Shown one piece after another: positions 53,550-64,000 of a stretch of 64,000 bases of DNA. The DNA lies in contig CAWGPD010000001.1 in NCBI GenBank assembly GCA_963824385.1, positions 32,001-96,000 of the forward strand. Reading direction: 5' to 3'. Position numbers and translations under genes: made by a program. Each line of letters begins with the position of its first letter. Positions within the stretch are counted from its first letter, which is position 1. Source of the DNA: an uncultured Nitrososphaerota archaeon (GTDB lineage Archaea; Thermoproteota; Nitrososphaeria; Nitrososphaerales; Nitrosopumilaceae). The notes under the pieces are model-generated. The model searched no databases and was not told the origin of the DNA. It worked only from the letters and a program-made list of their open reading frames with translations.

Positions 53550-54133
53550 AATTTTTAATCATAGACAATTATGATTCGTTTGTATACAATATTGCCCAGA
53601 TACTTGGAGAACTAAATGTAGAATCAGATGTGATTAGAAATGACAAAATAACAATAGAAGATATCAAAAAGGGAAATTATGATGCAATAATAATTTCTCC
53701 AGGGCCTGGGACTCCAGAGGATGAAAAATATTTTGGCATATGTACCAAAGTTATCAAGGAATTAGGACCGACAAAACCAATACTAGGAGTATGTCTGGGC
53801 CACCAAGGAATCATACATGCATTTGGAGGGAAAGTTGTCAATGCGGGAGATGTAAGACATGGCAAAACAAGTCCTGTAGAATACACACCATCACCACTCT
53901 TTGAAGGAGTGCAAAATCCATTCAGAGCAACACGATATCATTCCCTAGTTGGCGACAAGACAATAATTCCAGAGGATCTTAAAGTAACTGCAATAGCTCA
54001 GGATGACAAAGAGATAATGGCAGTAAGTCACAAAAAATACCTAATCGAAGGCGTCCAGTTTCATCCAGAGTCAATCATGACTACAGAGGGCAAAAAAATT
54101 CTAAGTAATTTTATCAAGTTGGTGCAAAAATGA
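53546..54133 (+). CDS. trpG: Anthranilate synthase component II
   Basis: IDNYDSF, SPGPG, GVCLGHQ, QFHPES; start at MKFLII. Confidence 0.95.
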   Translation: MKFLIIDNYDSFVYNIAQILGELNVESDVIRNDKITIEDIKKGNYDAIIISPGPGTPEDEKYFGICTKVIKELGPTKPILGVCLGHQGIIHAFGGKVVNAGDVRHGKTSPVEYTPSPLFEGVQNPFRATRYHSLVGDKTIIPEDLKVTAIAQDDKEIMAVSHKKYLIEGVQFHPESIMTTEGKKILSNFIKLVQK

Positions 54134-55176
54134 TCTCAGAATACATTACCAAGATTTCATCCAACAAGAATCTCAACTATGATGAGATGTCTCAGGTTAT
54201 GAATGAAATTTTGGCTGGGAAAATTTCTGTAGATGAGACAACAAGTTTTCTTAGAACTTTGACAGAAAAGGGAGAGACTGACCAAGAGCTTCTTGCAATG
54301 CTTGATAGAATGCAAGAAAATTCAATTCACATACATCCCAAAATTGATCAGAACATAATTGATGTTTGTGGAACGGGCGGAGATAGACTAAGCACATTTA
54401 ACATTTCAACTACAGTATCATTTGTTATTGCTGCATCAGGTGTGGTAGTTGCAAAACATGGAAACAAATCATCTTCTGGAATAAGTGGAAGTGCAGATAT
54501 TTTTGAATATTTTGGATATGATTTGAACATGGAACCAAATAAAGTAGAAGAAATAATTGAAAAATTTGGAATCGGATTCATGTTTGCACCAAAGTTTCAT
54601 CCAGCCATGAAAAATGTTGCAGAGTCAAGAAAAATCATAGGTAAAAGGACTGCATTTAACCTCTTGGGGTCTCTAACTAATCCTGCATCAGTAAAACATC
54701 AGCTTGTCGGAGTATACTCAAAGGAGTATCTCAGTCGCGTGATATCCCTTTTAGAATCAAGAGGATCAGAAAGCATAATGACTGTAATTTCCGAGGACGG
54801 TCTTGACGAATTATCCACAACATCAAAAAATTACATTTATCAGTTAAACAAAGGCGAAGTAACAAGCTCAGTATTAGATCCCACAGAACTTGGTTTGAGC
54901 AAAGCTAAACTGCAAGATCTCCAAGTCTCAACAAGGGATGAGGCAATCAGTGCATTCGTATCAGTTCTCAATGGAACTGCAAAAAAGCCCATGTTAGAGA
55001 TAACAGCTCTTAATGCAGCAGCAGGGCTGATAGTTGGAGGATTTTCAGAAAAATTTGATGAAGCATTAAGCATATCACTTCAGACAATTAAAAAAGGTAA
55101 GGCATATGATCTCTTCAGGGATTTTATCAAATATTGTGGAGATGTAACAAAGTTGGAGACTTTTGAGAAAAAATGA
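54130..55176 (+). CDS. trpD: Anthranilate phosphoribosyltransferase
   Basis: DVCGTGGD, KHGN, GSAD, DGLDE. Confidence 0.95.
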   Translation: MISEYITKISSNKNLNYDEMSQVMNEILAGKISVDETTSFLRTLTEKGETDQELLAMLDRMQENSIHIHPKIDQNIIDVCGTGGDRLSTFNISTTVSFVIAASGVVVAKHGNKSSSGISGSADIFEYFGYDLNMEPNKVEEIIEKFGIGFMFAPKFHPAMKNVAESRKIIGKRTAFNLLGSLTNPASVKHQLVGVYSKEYLSRVISLLESRGSESIMTVISEDGLDELSTTSKNYIYQLNKGEVTSSVLDPTELGLSKAKLQDLQVSTRDEAISAFVSVLNGTAKKPMLEITALNAAAGLIVGGFSEKFDEALSISLQTIKKGKAYDLFRDFIKYCGDVTKLETFEKK

Positions 55177-55946
55177 AAGATATGCTAGAAAAACTTGCCA
55201 AGAATTCACAAAAGGCAATAAATGATAAAGTCTATGAAATTAGTTACAAAAATTCAAAGTCAGAAATAAACATAATTGAACAAATTAGAAACAACAAACA
55301 TGCATCTCTAATAACCGAAGTAAAATTCTCATCCCCCTCTCTTGGAGAGATAAGAGAGATCTCAGACCCTGTTTTAATTGCAAAACAAATGGTAGATGGA
55401 GGTACAACCGGACTATCAGTTTTGACACAGCCATATTTGTTCAACGGGTCACCAGAATATTTTACAAAAATTCGCAAGCAAGTTCAAGTTCCACTTTTAA
55501 TGAAGGATATAGTAATCGATAAAGTTCAAATTGATGCCGCTGAAAAATTAGGAGCCGACATAGTCCTACTAATACAGGCAATATTTGATAGAAATTTTGC
55601 AAGTGATATTGATGAGTTTATAAAATATGCACATAAAAAAAATCTGCTAGTATTACTAGAATCCCATACGAAAAAAGAATTTGCAGATTCAGCAAAAACT
55701 CGGGCCGACATATTAGGCATCAACAATCGCAATCTAGACACTTTGGAAATTGATCTAGATACAACAAAGACCATCTTAAAAGATAGAGATGAAAAAAGAA
55801 TCATAATTTCAGAAAGCGGAATAGGATCGTCAAAAGACATTCAATTCCTTCACAAATGTGGCGCAGATGCATTTCTTGTTGGCAGTAGCATAATGAAGAG
55901 TAAAGATATCAAGGGATTAGTATCAGAGTTGGTATTAGCAATATGA
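55173..55946 (+). CDS. trpC: Indole-3-glycerol-phosphate synthase
   Basis: EVK.SSPS.G, SVLT, GINNR.L, SESG. Confidence 0.94.
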   Translation: MKDMLEKLAKNSQKAINDKVYEISYKNSKSEINIIEQIRNNKHASLITEVKFSSPSLGEIREISDPVLIAKQMVDGGTTGLSVLTQPYLFNGSPEYFTKIRKQVQVPLLMKDIVIDKVQIDAAEKLGADIVLLIQAIFDRNFASDIDEFIKYAHKKNLLVLLESHTKKEFADSAKTRADILGINNRNLDTLEIDLDTTKTILKDRDEKRIIISESGIGSSKDIQFLHKCGADAFLVGSSIMKSKDIKGLVSELVLAI

Positions 55947-57145
55947 AACTAAAATACCCAAAGAATGGCAAATTTGGAGAATTTGGAGGGAGATACATTC
56001 CTGAAACCCTAGTTCCCGCAGTAGAGGAACTAGAAGAGGCATATCTAAAGTACAAAAACGATACAGAGTTTAAGAAAGAATTACGATATTACCTAACACA
56101 GTATGCCGGAAGGCCTACACCTCTTTATCTTGCAAAAAACCTAACAGAGTTTGCTGGTGGGGCAAAAATATATCTCAAAAGAGAGGATTTGTTGCACGGT
56201 GGAGCCCACAAGATTAACAACACTCTAGGTCAGGGACTGCTTGCAAAGAGAATGAAAAAAAGAGAATCATTGCAGAAACTGGTGCAGGACAGCATGGGGT
56301 TGCAACTGCCATGGCATGTTCTGCATTAGGACTTAATGGTGAAGTATACATGGGCTACAAAGATACTCAGAGACAAAAGCTAAATGTATTTAGAATGAAT
56401 TTACTTGGTTCCAAGGTACACCCAGTTAAAGAAGGAACTCAGACCCTCAAGGATGCAATCAATGAAGTCTATACGTGATTGGATTACAAATGTAAAAACA
56501 ACCTACTATCTTTTAGGATCAGCAGTTGGCCCTCATCCATACCCAGTAATGGTAAGAGACTTTCAATCAGTCATAGGAAATGAAATTCTTGTACAGATGA
56601 AGGAATTAGAAAAAAAATCTCCAGATTCTGTCGTGGCATGTGTAGGCGGAGGCTCAAATGCAATAGGAACTTTTTATCCATTAATTGATGAAGATACCAA
56701 GATGTTTGGAATTGAAGCTGGTGGAGAGGGAATCAAAAGTGGTCATCACTCTGCAACACTAGTAGGCGGTTCAAAAGGAATTCTCCATGGCATGCTTACA
56801 TATCTTTTACAAGACAAAGAGGGACAAATTAGTGAGACGCATAGCATATCTGCAGGATTAGACTATCCAGGAGTTGGACCAGAGCATTCGTATCTAAAAG
56901 ATGCAAAGAGAGTAAAGTATGATGCAGTAAATGACAAGGAAGCAGTAGAGGCATTTCTTTTACTTTCAAAACATGAAGGAATCATACCGGCTCTTGAGTC
57001 AGCACATGCAATTGCATATGCAATAAAAATTGCAAAAAATATGCCAAAGAGTGAGAGTATCGTTGTAACATTATCAGGCAGGGGAGACAAAGATGTAGAA
57101 GAAGTTGGGAGATATTTGAGTAAAAATGTCAAGAATAAAAAGTAA
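55943..57145 (+). CDS. trpB: Tryptophan synthase beta chain (two frameshifts)
   Basis: [36 protein letters not shown]. Confidence 0.93.
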
Positions 57146-57932
57146 ATTTCAATATCTCAAGTCCAGAAACCAAAAGGCCTTGATTGCATATGTAATGGCA
57201 GGATTTCCAAATGAGAAAGGTACTCTATCTGCAGTTCGCGGATTAGTAAAGGGAGGAGCGGACATAATAGAACTTGGAATGCCATTTTCAGATCCTTTAG
57301 CAGATGGACCTGTAATTCAAAATGCAGGCTTTCATGCATTGCAAAAAGGAATGAATTTTGAAAAGTTTCTTACCTTGGTGAAAAAAATTCGTAAAGAAAC
57401 AGACATTCCACTTGTTTTGATGACATACACAAATCTCCTTTATAGACATGGGTATGAGAAATTCATATCCATTGTAAAAAAGGCAGGAATTGACGGATTG
57501 ATATTACCTGACATGTCAGTTGATGAATCAAAGGAATTCCTCCAAGCCGCAAAGAAACATGAGATGGATACAATATTTTTAATCTCACCAAATACATCAC
57601 CTGAGAGAATCAGGAAGATAGCAGCGGTTTCATCAGGTTTTCTATATCTAGTGTCAGTATTTGGAACCACAGGAGGTCAACAACAATTCCAAGATTATAC
57701 CACACGTGCAATTAAGAATGCAAAAAAGATACTTGATAGAAAGATTCCACTTGGAGTAGGATTCGGAGTAAGCAATCCAGATCAGGCAAGATTCATAATA
57801 AAATCTGGTGCTGATGCAATAATTGTGGGAAGTGCATTTTTACGAGTGATAGAAAATTCAGCGTCAGAAAAGATTGAAAATAAAATTGAATCTTTTACAA
57901 AGAGCCTAAAGAAATCCACAATTGCAGAATAA
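57126..57932 (+). CDS. trpA: Tryptophan synthase alpha chain
   Basis: [20 protein letters not shown]. Confidence 0.95.
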   Translation: MSRIKSKFQYLKSRNQKALIAYVMAGFPNEKGTLSAVRGLVKGGADIIELGMPFSDPLADGPVIQNAGFHALQKGMNFEKFLTLVKKIRKETDIPLVLMTYTNLLYRHGYEKFISIVKKAGIDGLILPDMSVDESKEFLQAAKKHEMDTIFLISPNTSPERIRKIAAVSSGFLYLVSVFGTTGGQQQFQDYTTRAIKNAKKILDRKIPLGVGFGVSNPDQARFIIKSGADAIIVGSAFLRVIENSASEKIENKIESFTKSLKKSTIAE

Positions 57933-57963
57933 GAAATAAAAAGACCTCCAATCCATCATGGAT

Positions 57964-59575
57964 ATGCAGACTGAATCTACAAAATACATTTTCGTAACTG
58001 GAGGAGTCATGTCTGGCCTTGGAAAAGGAGTAGTTTCATCATCTATTGCAAAGTTACTTCAGACTTTCTAATCAAAAAGTCTCTTGTGTGAAATTTGATC
58101 CATATCTGAACTATGATGCAGGAACAATGAACCCCATTGCTCATGGCGAAGTCTTTGTCACAGAAGATGGCGGAGAGTGCGACATGGACATAGGAAATTA
58201 TGAAAGATTTCTCAATCAGAACATACCAAGAACTCATAATATTACAACAGCCCAGATTTATTCAAGTGTAATAGAGGCAGAGAGACGCGGAGAGTATCTA
58301 GGAGCTTGCGTACAGATAATTCCACATGTAACAGATGCAATCAAAGACAGGATAAGAAAGATAGTCAAAATTGAGGGACTGGATATGCTGGTAATAGAAT
58401 GCGGTGGAACAGTAGGTGATATTGAAAGTTTACCGTTTCTTGAAGCATTAAGACAGATGAGATTAGAGGAAGGACCTGAAAATGTAATCTTTGTACATGT
58501 AACTCTAGCACCTTCTCTTGATGTAGTGGGAGAGCAAAAAACAAAACCTACTCAACATAGTGTTCAGGAACTACGAAGAATTGGTATCCAACCAGATTTA
58601 CTTGCAGTCAGATGTACAAGACCGCTTGAGACTGCAGCAAGAAAGAAGATTTCATTATTTTCAAACGTTACTGAGCGTGATGTATTTTCATGTCATGATG
58701 CAGAATCAATTCTTTTGGTTCCTCAGATGCTATATGATCAAGGAATCATCGATGTAATATTCAAGAAATTTGGAAAAGTTGGGTTAGTTAACACTTCTGT
58801 AAACTGGGACAAGTGGAATGCAATCATAAATTCATTTCAAAATACGAAAGAGTCAGTCAAAATTGCAATGGTTGGAAAATATGTTAAACTTGCAGATAGT
58901 TATGTAAGTGTAAATCATGCCCTAAAACACGCTGGTGCAAAGATTGGTAAAAATGTAGTAATTGACTGGATCGATTCTGAAGAATTAAACGGAGATGTAA
59001 ACAAACTGGCATCATATAATGGCATAATCGTCCCAGGAGGTTTTGGAGATAGGGGTTCAGAGGGAATCATCAGTACGGCAAACTATGCACGAGAGAAAAA
59101 TATTCCATACCTTGGAATCTGTTTTGGTTTTCAGTTGGCGGCAGTAGCGTTTGGAAGATATGTATGTGGATTGACAAACGCAAATTCTACAGAAATATCA
59201 CCCAATACAGAAAATCCAATAATTGATCTTCTGCCAGAACAAAAATCAATTGAGAACAAGGGAGGCTCATTACGTCTTGGAGCGCATGATATTACAGTTG
59301 AAGAAAACACACTAGCATTCAAGATTTACAAATCTAATAAAATACAAAAAAGACATAGGCATAGATTTGAATTTAATCAAAAATACTTGGAGACGTTTTC
59401 CTCAAAGGGCATGAAGTTTTCAGGGTACAGTGACAGCAAAAAACGAATGGAAGTATTAGAGATTCCCATGCACAGATTCTACCTAGGAGTTCAGTATCAC
59501 CCAGAGTTTAGCAGCAGACCTGGTCATCCAGAAGAATCATTTGAGGCATTCATCAGGGCATCTGCCAACGCCTAA
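57964..59575 (+). CDS. pyrG: CTP synthase (frameshift near 58063)
   Basis: [17 protein letters not shown]-terminus upstream of the [28 protein letters not shown]. Confidence 0.94.
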
Positions 59576-59578
59576 GAA

Positions 59579-60571
59579 TTATTTTGGAATTTCATATATT
59601 CTCTGACGTGTATCACGGAGTGAGACTCTACGTTTGACATATCCTTTCTCAAGTAGGTGACTCAGTGCAAGTCTAACAGTCCTGTCAGGAAGTAGTGTCT
59701 TTTCAGCAAGTTCCTTTTGGGTAAGAGAGCCTTCGTATTCAAGTGTCTTTAGTAGCAACTTGGAGCTTGGAGGCATATTCAACAATTCATCTGCAAGTTT
59801 TACTTTTTTGGCAAGAGCCGAGACAGTAGTAGAGTCCTTTTTCATTCTAATCACATTTGCAGGTTGGGGAAACTTTGTACAAGTCACATTCTTGTCAACT
59901 TTGAATCTGTCTTTTCCATCAACTACAACTTCACATCTCAAACTAGATGATATGTCATCTATTTCGATCAAAGTATCCTCAGGAACTATCAGAGGGCGTC
60001 TTGTAATATCAAGCGAGTTTACCGATACAATACAGAAAACTTTAGAATTTTGATATATTGCAGGACCGCCTGCAGACATGGAGTATGCAGATGAACCAAT
60101 AGGAGTCGAGATAATCAAACCATCACTGCTATCATGCCAAAGTTCTTCTCCATTTACCCGTAAGACGTGTTCAACAAGTGTTGCACTCTTTGAAGAAAAT
60201 ATTGCAACATCGTTTAATGCTGGGTAGATTGCCTTGTCATCAATTTTTACACCGACCCTTGGAAGAGCTTCAATCGAAAAATCACCTTTTTTCAACCTGT
60301 TAAGATAAAGTGGAAATTGTTTAAGATCAGTCTGGGCTAAAAATCCGCTTGATTCGTACTCGTTTATACCAAGTACCGGGATTGTCGAGTTTGTAAAATG
60401 ATGGAAATATGTTCGAACTCCTCGGTCTCCACCTGTTACAATGACATAGTCAATGTCTTTTCCTAGAGGTTTTTTTCCATGGGCTATAGATTCAATCCCA
60501 TGACTTTCAAGTGAAAGTTTGAGAGATTTTACTGTCTGTTCATGATCTTGGCTAAATATGGCAACTTTCAC
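59579..60571 (-). CDS. NAD kinase fused to a C-terminal winged-helix domain
   Basis: GGDRG, LND, DGLI.STP.GS.AYS.SAGG; C-terminal LTQKELAEKTLLP.RTVR.AL. Confidence 0.85.
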   Translation of the reverse strand: MKVAIFSQDHEQTVKSLKLSLESHGIESIAHGKKPLGKDIDYVIVTGGDRGVRTYFHHFTNSTIPVLGINEYESSGFLAQTDLKQFPLYLNRLKKGDFSIEALPRVGVKIDDKAIYPALNDVAIFSSKSATLVEHVLRVNGEELWHDSSDGLIISTPIGSSAYSMSAGGPAIYQNSKVFCIVSVNSLDITRRPLIVPEDTLIEIDDISSSLRCEVVVDGKDRFKVDKNVTCTKFPQPANVIRMKKDSTTVSALAKKVKLADELLNMPPSSKLLLKTLEYEGSLTQKELAEKTLLPDRTVRLALSHLLEKGYVKRRVSLRDTRQRIYEIPK

Positions 60572-60602
60572 AGGTTTGATTTATGCCGCACACAATAAAA
60601 GC

Positions 60603-61475
60603 CTAGACACTTGAGAATTGCATTAAATTGTAAAGATATGCTGCATTTCTCTCTGTATCTCCAGCGATTGGAACTTTTCCAAGTCCAGTAGCTTTTGTTT
60701 CAAGAGCTGCTTGTGCTGCCCCTACTGCAAAACAGATTGCCCAAATAGGATCTTTTTCTTTCAAATATGTACAAGTGAATGCTGCACAAAATATGTCACC
60801 AACCCCAGTCGTATCACCTATTTCCAGATTTGGAATTTTTAAGTGATACATCCTATCTTTTGTGAGCATCGTGATGTTTTGTTTGTTAGTATAAAGTACA
60901 TGTTTGACACCTTTCTTTTGCAAAGCAATCATTGCTTCTTTTTCTTTTAAACCCGTAAGATAAAATGCCTCATCAGGATCTGTTTTAATTGCAGTTATTC
61001 CCGTTAAGTCAAGCAGTGTTTTTTCCAAAAAGACTTTGCCAGTATCATCCACTCGACGGAGATATCCTTGAGGATCAAGTAATGTAAAATCAAAGTTTTC
61101 TTTTATTGCATCTAGCGTGTCTTCAGAAACTTCATCAAATACAGGACTTACAATTGCAGCATCGGCATCAGATTTTATCGATTCTATTGGATCACATTTT
61201 GTTTTAAGATAGAGTTCACGTTCTATTCCAAATATTTTCAATAAGAATCTAGTACTAGGAGTATCAACGATTGAATTCTGAGAAAGAAAAATTCCTTTTT
61301 TTTCAAGTTCAGTTCTAAATGAAAAATCTTTTCCCACTTTGGTATGAAGATCAATTTCAAACTTCATATTTTTTGCAGTTAGACTGCAATAACATGCAGG
61401 ACCACCAGCAGTTTCAACAATATTATTTTGAGATATCTCGTCTATTGTGCAATGAGAGAAAATTGCAATCTTCAT
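60603..61475 (-). CDS. PfkB-family carbohydrate kinase
   Basis: AGG, DPQG, DTTGVGD. Confidence 0.85.
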   Translation of the reverse strand: MKIAIFSHCTIDEISQNNIVETAGGPACYCSLTAKNMKFEIDLHTKVGKDFSFRTELEKKGIFLSQNSIVDTPSTRFLLKIFGIERELYLKTKCDPIESIKSDADAAIVSPVFDEVSEDTLDAIKENFDFTLLDPQGYLRRVDDTGKVFLEKTLLDLTGITAIKTDPDEAFYLTGLKEKEAMIALQKKGVKHVLYTNKQNITMLTKDRMYHLKIPNLEIGDTTGVGDIFCAAFTCTYLKEKDPIWAICFAVGAAQAALETKATGLGKVPIAGDTERNAAYLYNLMQFSSV

Positions 61476-61502
61476 TTAATTTAATGCCGATAACCTTTCC
61501 AT

Positions 61503-61607
61503 TTAGTCCTTTTTCTGACCCTTTAGACAGGATTGACAGATTATCTTGCCTTTTACTACAACTATATCCACGTTAGAGGCAAGACAGACATGACAGAGGC
61601 CACGCAT
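61503..61607 (-). CDS. 34-aa CxxC...CxxC microprotein
   Basis: Manual translation MRGLCHVCLASNVDIVVVKGKIICQSCLKGQKKD*. Confidence 0.6.
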   Translation of the reverse strand: MRGLCHVCLASNVDIVVVKGKIICQSCLKGQKKD

Positions 61608-61812
61608 GTTGTTTTTAGAATCAATATGAAATTTAAATTTTCTACGATATCAGAATTCAATAATCTCTCAATTTCTCACAATCGCCTCAAAGAAATAGAA
61701 TGGAAAACTCTAAACAAGTAAGATAGAGATCCAAGACTTTGTCCGTCAGATCATAAACATGGTAAGAAAGCGGTTCAAATATCGTTATAAAGAGGAGCCT
61801 TACAGGTAAAAC

Positions 61813-62100
61813 ATGCCACTAAAGCGTGCTAGTCGTGGAAGACAGAAGGGAGGAAAAGGTTCCACTGGACGTATTCAATGCACTAATTGCGGTGCTACAG
61901 TTCCACGAGACAAGGCAAAGAAAGTAACATCAAGACTAAACCTAGTAGAACATACTTTGGCAAAAGAGTTAAGAGCTCAAGGGGCATACATTGCATCACC
62001 TACAGTACTCAAATGGTATTGTATTTCATGTGCAATACACTTTGGAATTTTAAAAATTAGATCAGCAGAGTCAAGACGTCAGACTGGCAGACTGAGATAG
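61813..62100 (+). CDS. rps26e: 30S ribosomal protein S26e
   Basis: KR.S.GR.K, C.NCG..VP.DKA, YC.SCAIH. Confidence 0.95.
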   Translation: MPLKRASRGRQKGGKGSTGRIQCTNCGATVPRDKAKKVTSRLNLVEHTLAKELRAQGAYIASPTVLKWYCISCAIHFGILKIRSAESRRQTGRLR

Positions 62101-62101
62101 T

Positions 62102-62674
62102 CTAATCTTTTATTCCGTGAGCAGTTGTTATTATTCTCTGAACAAATGTGATTCCTGCAATTATTATGACAATTATTACTGCATAATTTAGAAAACCAAT
62201 CATTCCAATTATTGCAATTACAAGTAATCTTTCTGCACGTTCTCCTATGCCTATTCCTTGAAGTTGAACTCCAAGAGATTCTGCTCTTGCTCTAGTATAA
62301 CTAACAAGTAAAGAAAGTCCTATTGCCAACAATACAAGATACCCTTGGGAATATCCTCCAACTAAGATTCCAAGAAATATTGCAACTTCTGCAATTTTAT
62401 CAAAAACAGAATCAAGAAATGCCCCCTTTTTAGAAGTCTTTCCAGTTATACGTGCAACTTGTCCATCAACAATATCAAAAAATCCTGAAACAAGCAACAA
62501 GATTCCTCCAAGGATAAAAGAATATTCAAGATGAATGGCATAAATAATTGCAGACGCAAATGCAAAACAGAGTCCAACTGCAGTCCAGACATTTGCAGAC
62601 AATCCAGTAGATGCAAAAACCTTGCCAATATTCTGAAGGGTCGGCTTTAGGCTCTCTCTGAAGTTGTTAAGCAT
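62102..62674 (-). CDS. CDP-alcohol phosphatidyltransferase (archaetidylinositol-phosphate synthase-like)
   Basis: D.VDG.VAR...G.FLDS..D, SY.RARAE, ERAER. Confidence 0.9.
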   Translation of the reverse strand: MLNNFRESLKPTLQNIGKVFASTGLSANVWTAVGLCFAFASAIIYAIHLEYSFILGGILLLVSGFFDIVDGQVARITGKTSKKGAFLDSVFDKIAEVAIFLGILVGGYSQGYLVLLAIGLSLLVSYTRARAESLGVQLQGIGIGERAERLLVIAIIGMIGFLNYAVIIVIIIAGITFVQRIITTAHGIKD

Positions 62675-62794
62675 TTGATACTAGCCATCTGACAATAATT
62701 TATACCATATATCTTAGAGCATGTCTATCAAAATATGTTCAGATTTGAATAAAATATTAAAAAATCTGATATAATAGGACGTTTTAGAACTCTT

Positions 62795-63007
62795 GTGGGC
62801 CTAATAGCAAAAGGTGCAAAATGCAGTGTTACAGGCTGTGATGAAGCCGGGGTTCGTTCACTTACTGCCTCAAAGGTAGAAGGTACTGGAGTTGACATTC
62901 CACGGGGTTTGAAAAAGGCCATTCTTTGCAAAGAACACTACAAGGAATGGAAGAAAGCAACAAAGGAAGACAGAGATACAGAACAAGCTAGATTTAGTAG
63001 ATTCTAG
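62795..63007 (+). CDS. Conserved small archaeal Zn-binding protein
   Basis: CSV.GC...LCKEHYKE.KK. Confidence 0.75.
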   Translation: MGLIAKGAKCSVTGCDEAGVRSLTASKVEGTGVDIPRGLKKAILCKEHYKEWKKATKEDRDTEQARFSRF

Positions 63008-63099
63008 ACAATTAGCAGCCATTTTGAAGGTACTTTTTGTATCATAAATTTCCATGCCAAAATAATTTGAAGAAAAGTATTGCTCACAAATATTAGGAA

Positions 63100-64000
63100 T
63101 TAGCGCTTTTTAGCAAAATATGCTTTAGAAAGATCATCATAATACTTGTTCAATTTCTTGTACAATCGCTTTGGTTTTCTGGGTTTTTCATTACTTAGTG
63201 CATAAAGACAAAGTATTGGAAATGCTATAGTTGCATCAGTGTAAACCATTATCACATCTTCATGAGCATCTTTTACTTTACCCCAGCTCTTTCCTTCTTG
63301 CAAGGTTGCACCAGATAGTCCTCCAGTATCAGGTCTTGCATCTGTGATTTGTATGATATAATTTTGACCGCCATGGCCAAGACCAAGTATTTGATCAAGT
63401 AATGGGCCTGTTTGCTGTGCAGTATTTTTTGGCACACCTCCACCCAATTCAACTATTCCCGATTTCTTGGAATTATATAAAATTGCAGCTTGTTCTATTA
63501 TTTCTCTTACAAAGTCAAGACTATGAATTTTATTTTCTAGTCTTAGAGGAGCCAAGTCCAATGCAAGTGAGGAGTCTTTCAGAGTGGACACATAGACTGG
63601 AACATCATAATCATATGCAGTTACAACAAAACTACGATCCGGATTCTTAGAATGCGCTTTAGAATATTTTCCCATCGCATTACAAAATTCAGCAGTGGTG
63701 AACGGTTTATCAAGCAGATCTTTTGTAAACATTTTTTGTACAATCTTGTCTTCAGCTTTGAGTGTCTCCTCACCCTTGATGTATACGTCACGAATTCGGA
63801 CAATATCCTTTGCATATAGTATCATATCATCTACCTCAAAGTGTCCTTGTTTTACAGGAAGATTCCACGCAAAATGATCTTCATGATATACATTTGCACC
63901 CGTAGAAACTATCCAGTCAACAAAACCTCGTTCAATAAGAGATTTGAATAACCCTCCAAAACCAACAGGGGTCATTGCACCTGCTATGGTAAGACAGATA
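63100..64000 (-). CDS. Deoxyhypusine/homospermidine synthase-family protein (5'-partial)
   Basis: STGAN.YH, GGGVPKN, GGLSGAT.QEG.SWGK, DATIA.P. Confidence 0.9.
   Translation of the reverse strand, partial: ICLTIAGAMTPVGFGGLFKSLIERGFVDWIVSTGANVYHEDHFAWNLPVKQGHFEVDDMILYAKDIVRIRDVYIKGEETLKAEDKIVQKMFTKDLLDKPFTTAEFCNAMGKYSKAHSKNPDRSFVVTAYDYDVPVYVSTLKDSSLALDLAPLRLENKIHSLDFVREIIEQAAILYNSKKSGIVELGGGVPKNTAQQTGPLLDQILGLGHGGQNYIIQITDARPDTGGLSGATLQEGKSWGKVKDAHEDVIMVYTDATIAFPILCLYALSNEKPRKPKRLYKKLNKYYDDLSKAYFAKKR

Noticed and set aside
32755..59575. Mass pseudogenisation or programmed frameshifting of gatB, aspS, purP, trpB and pyrG
   Set aside because: These genes are essential or highly conserved on both sides of each break, with no other decay. 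The indels map to AGCT/GATC sites or homopolymers, which points to sequencing error.
696..63877. Many 60-150 aa antisense or overlapping ORFs in the track (e.g. 696-1064, 15165-15611, 26940-27323, 34002-34277, 61533-61721)
   Set aside because: They are shadow ORFs overlapping well-supported genes and have no motifs of their own.
1..64000. CRISPR array, rRNA or tRNA genes
   Set aside because: I saw no regularly spaced repeat-spacer units, no long GC-rich rRNA-like tract and no cloverleaf with a T-loop consensus; this was checked by eye only.

Overview
AT-rich archaeal chromosomal segment, most consistent with an ammonia-oxidising archaeon (Nitrososphaerota, probably Nitrosotalea-like). This rests on the PEFG-CTERM protein, aRF1, rpS26e, archaeal PurP and thaumarchaeal wHTH/hypothetical families. 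The left part (0.3-32 kb) is accessory-like. It has a dense stress/dormancy cluster: 5 USPs, 6 CBS proteins (one a CBS-HPF ribosome-hibernation-type fusion), Hsp20, HtpX, an orphan NuoB, an ADP-forming acyl-CoA ligase and a divergent MDH/LDH. It also has a metal island (multicopper oxidase, ZIP, pentapeptide protein) with shared TTAG-N6-CTAA operators, a DUF5343+HEPN pair, an orphan terminase pair, a RelBE-like module between 76-bp direct repeats, and a cyclase/KaiC-like pair. The right part is mostly housekeeping (aspS-gatCAB, rlmN, purP, aRF1, ilvD, trpEGDCBA, pyrG, NAD kinase, rpS26e, DHS family). Many genes, essential ones included, are split by 1-2 bp indels that mostly reconstruct to AGCT or GATC sites. 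This suggests methylation-linked sequencing errors rather than true pseudogenes. Several Cys-rich microproteins, an AbrB gene, a RelE gene and a candidate structured ncRNA are missing from the ORF track. All product calls come from motif recognition by eye; no database search was run.
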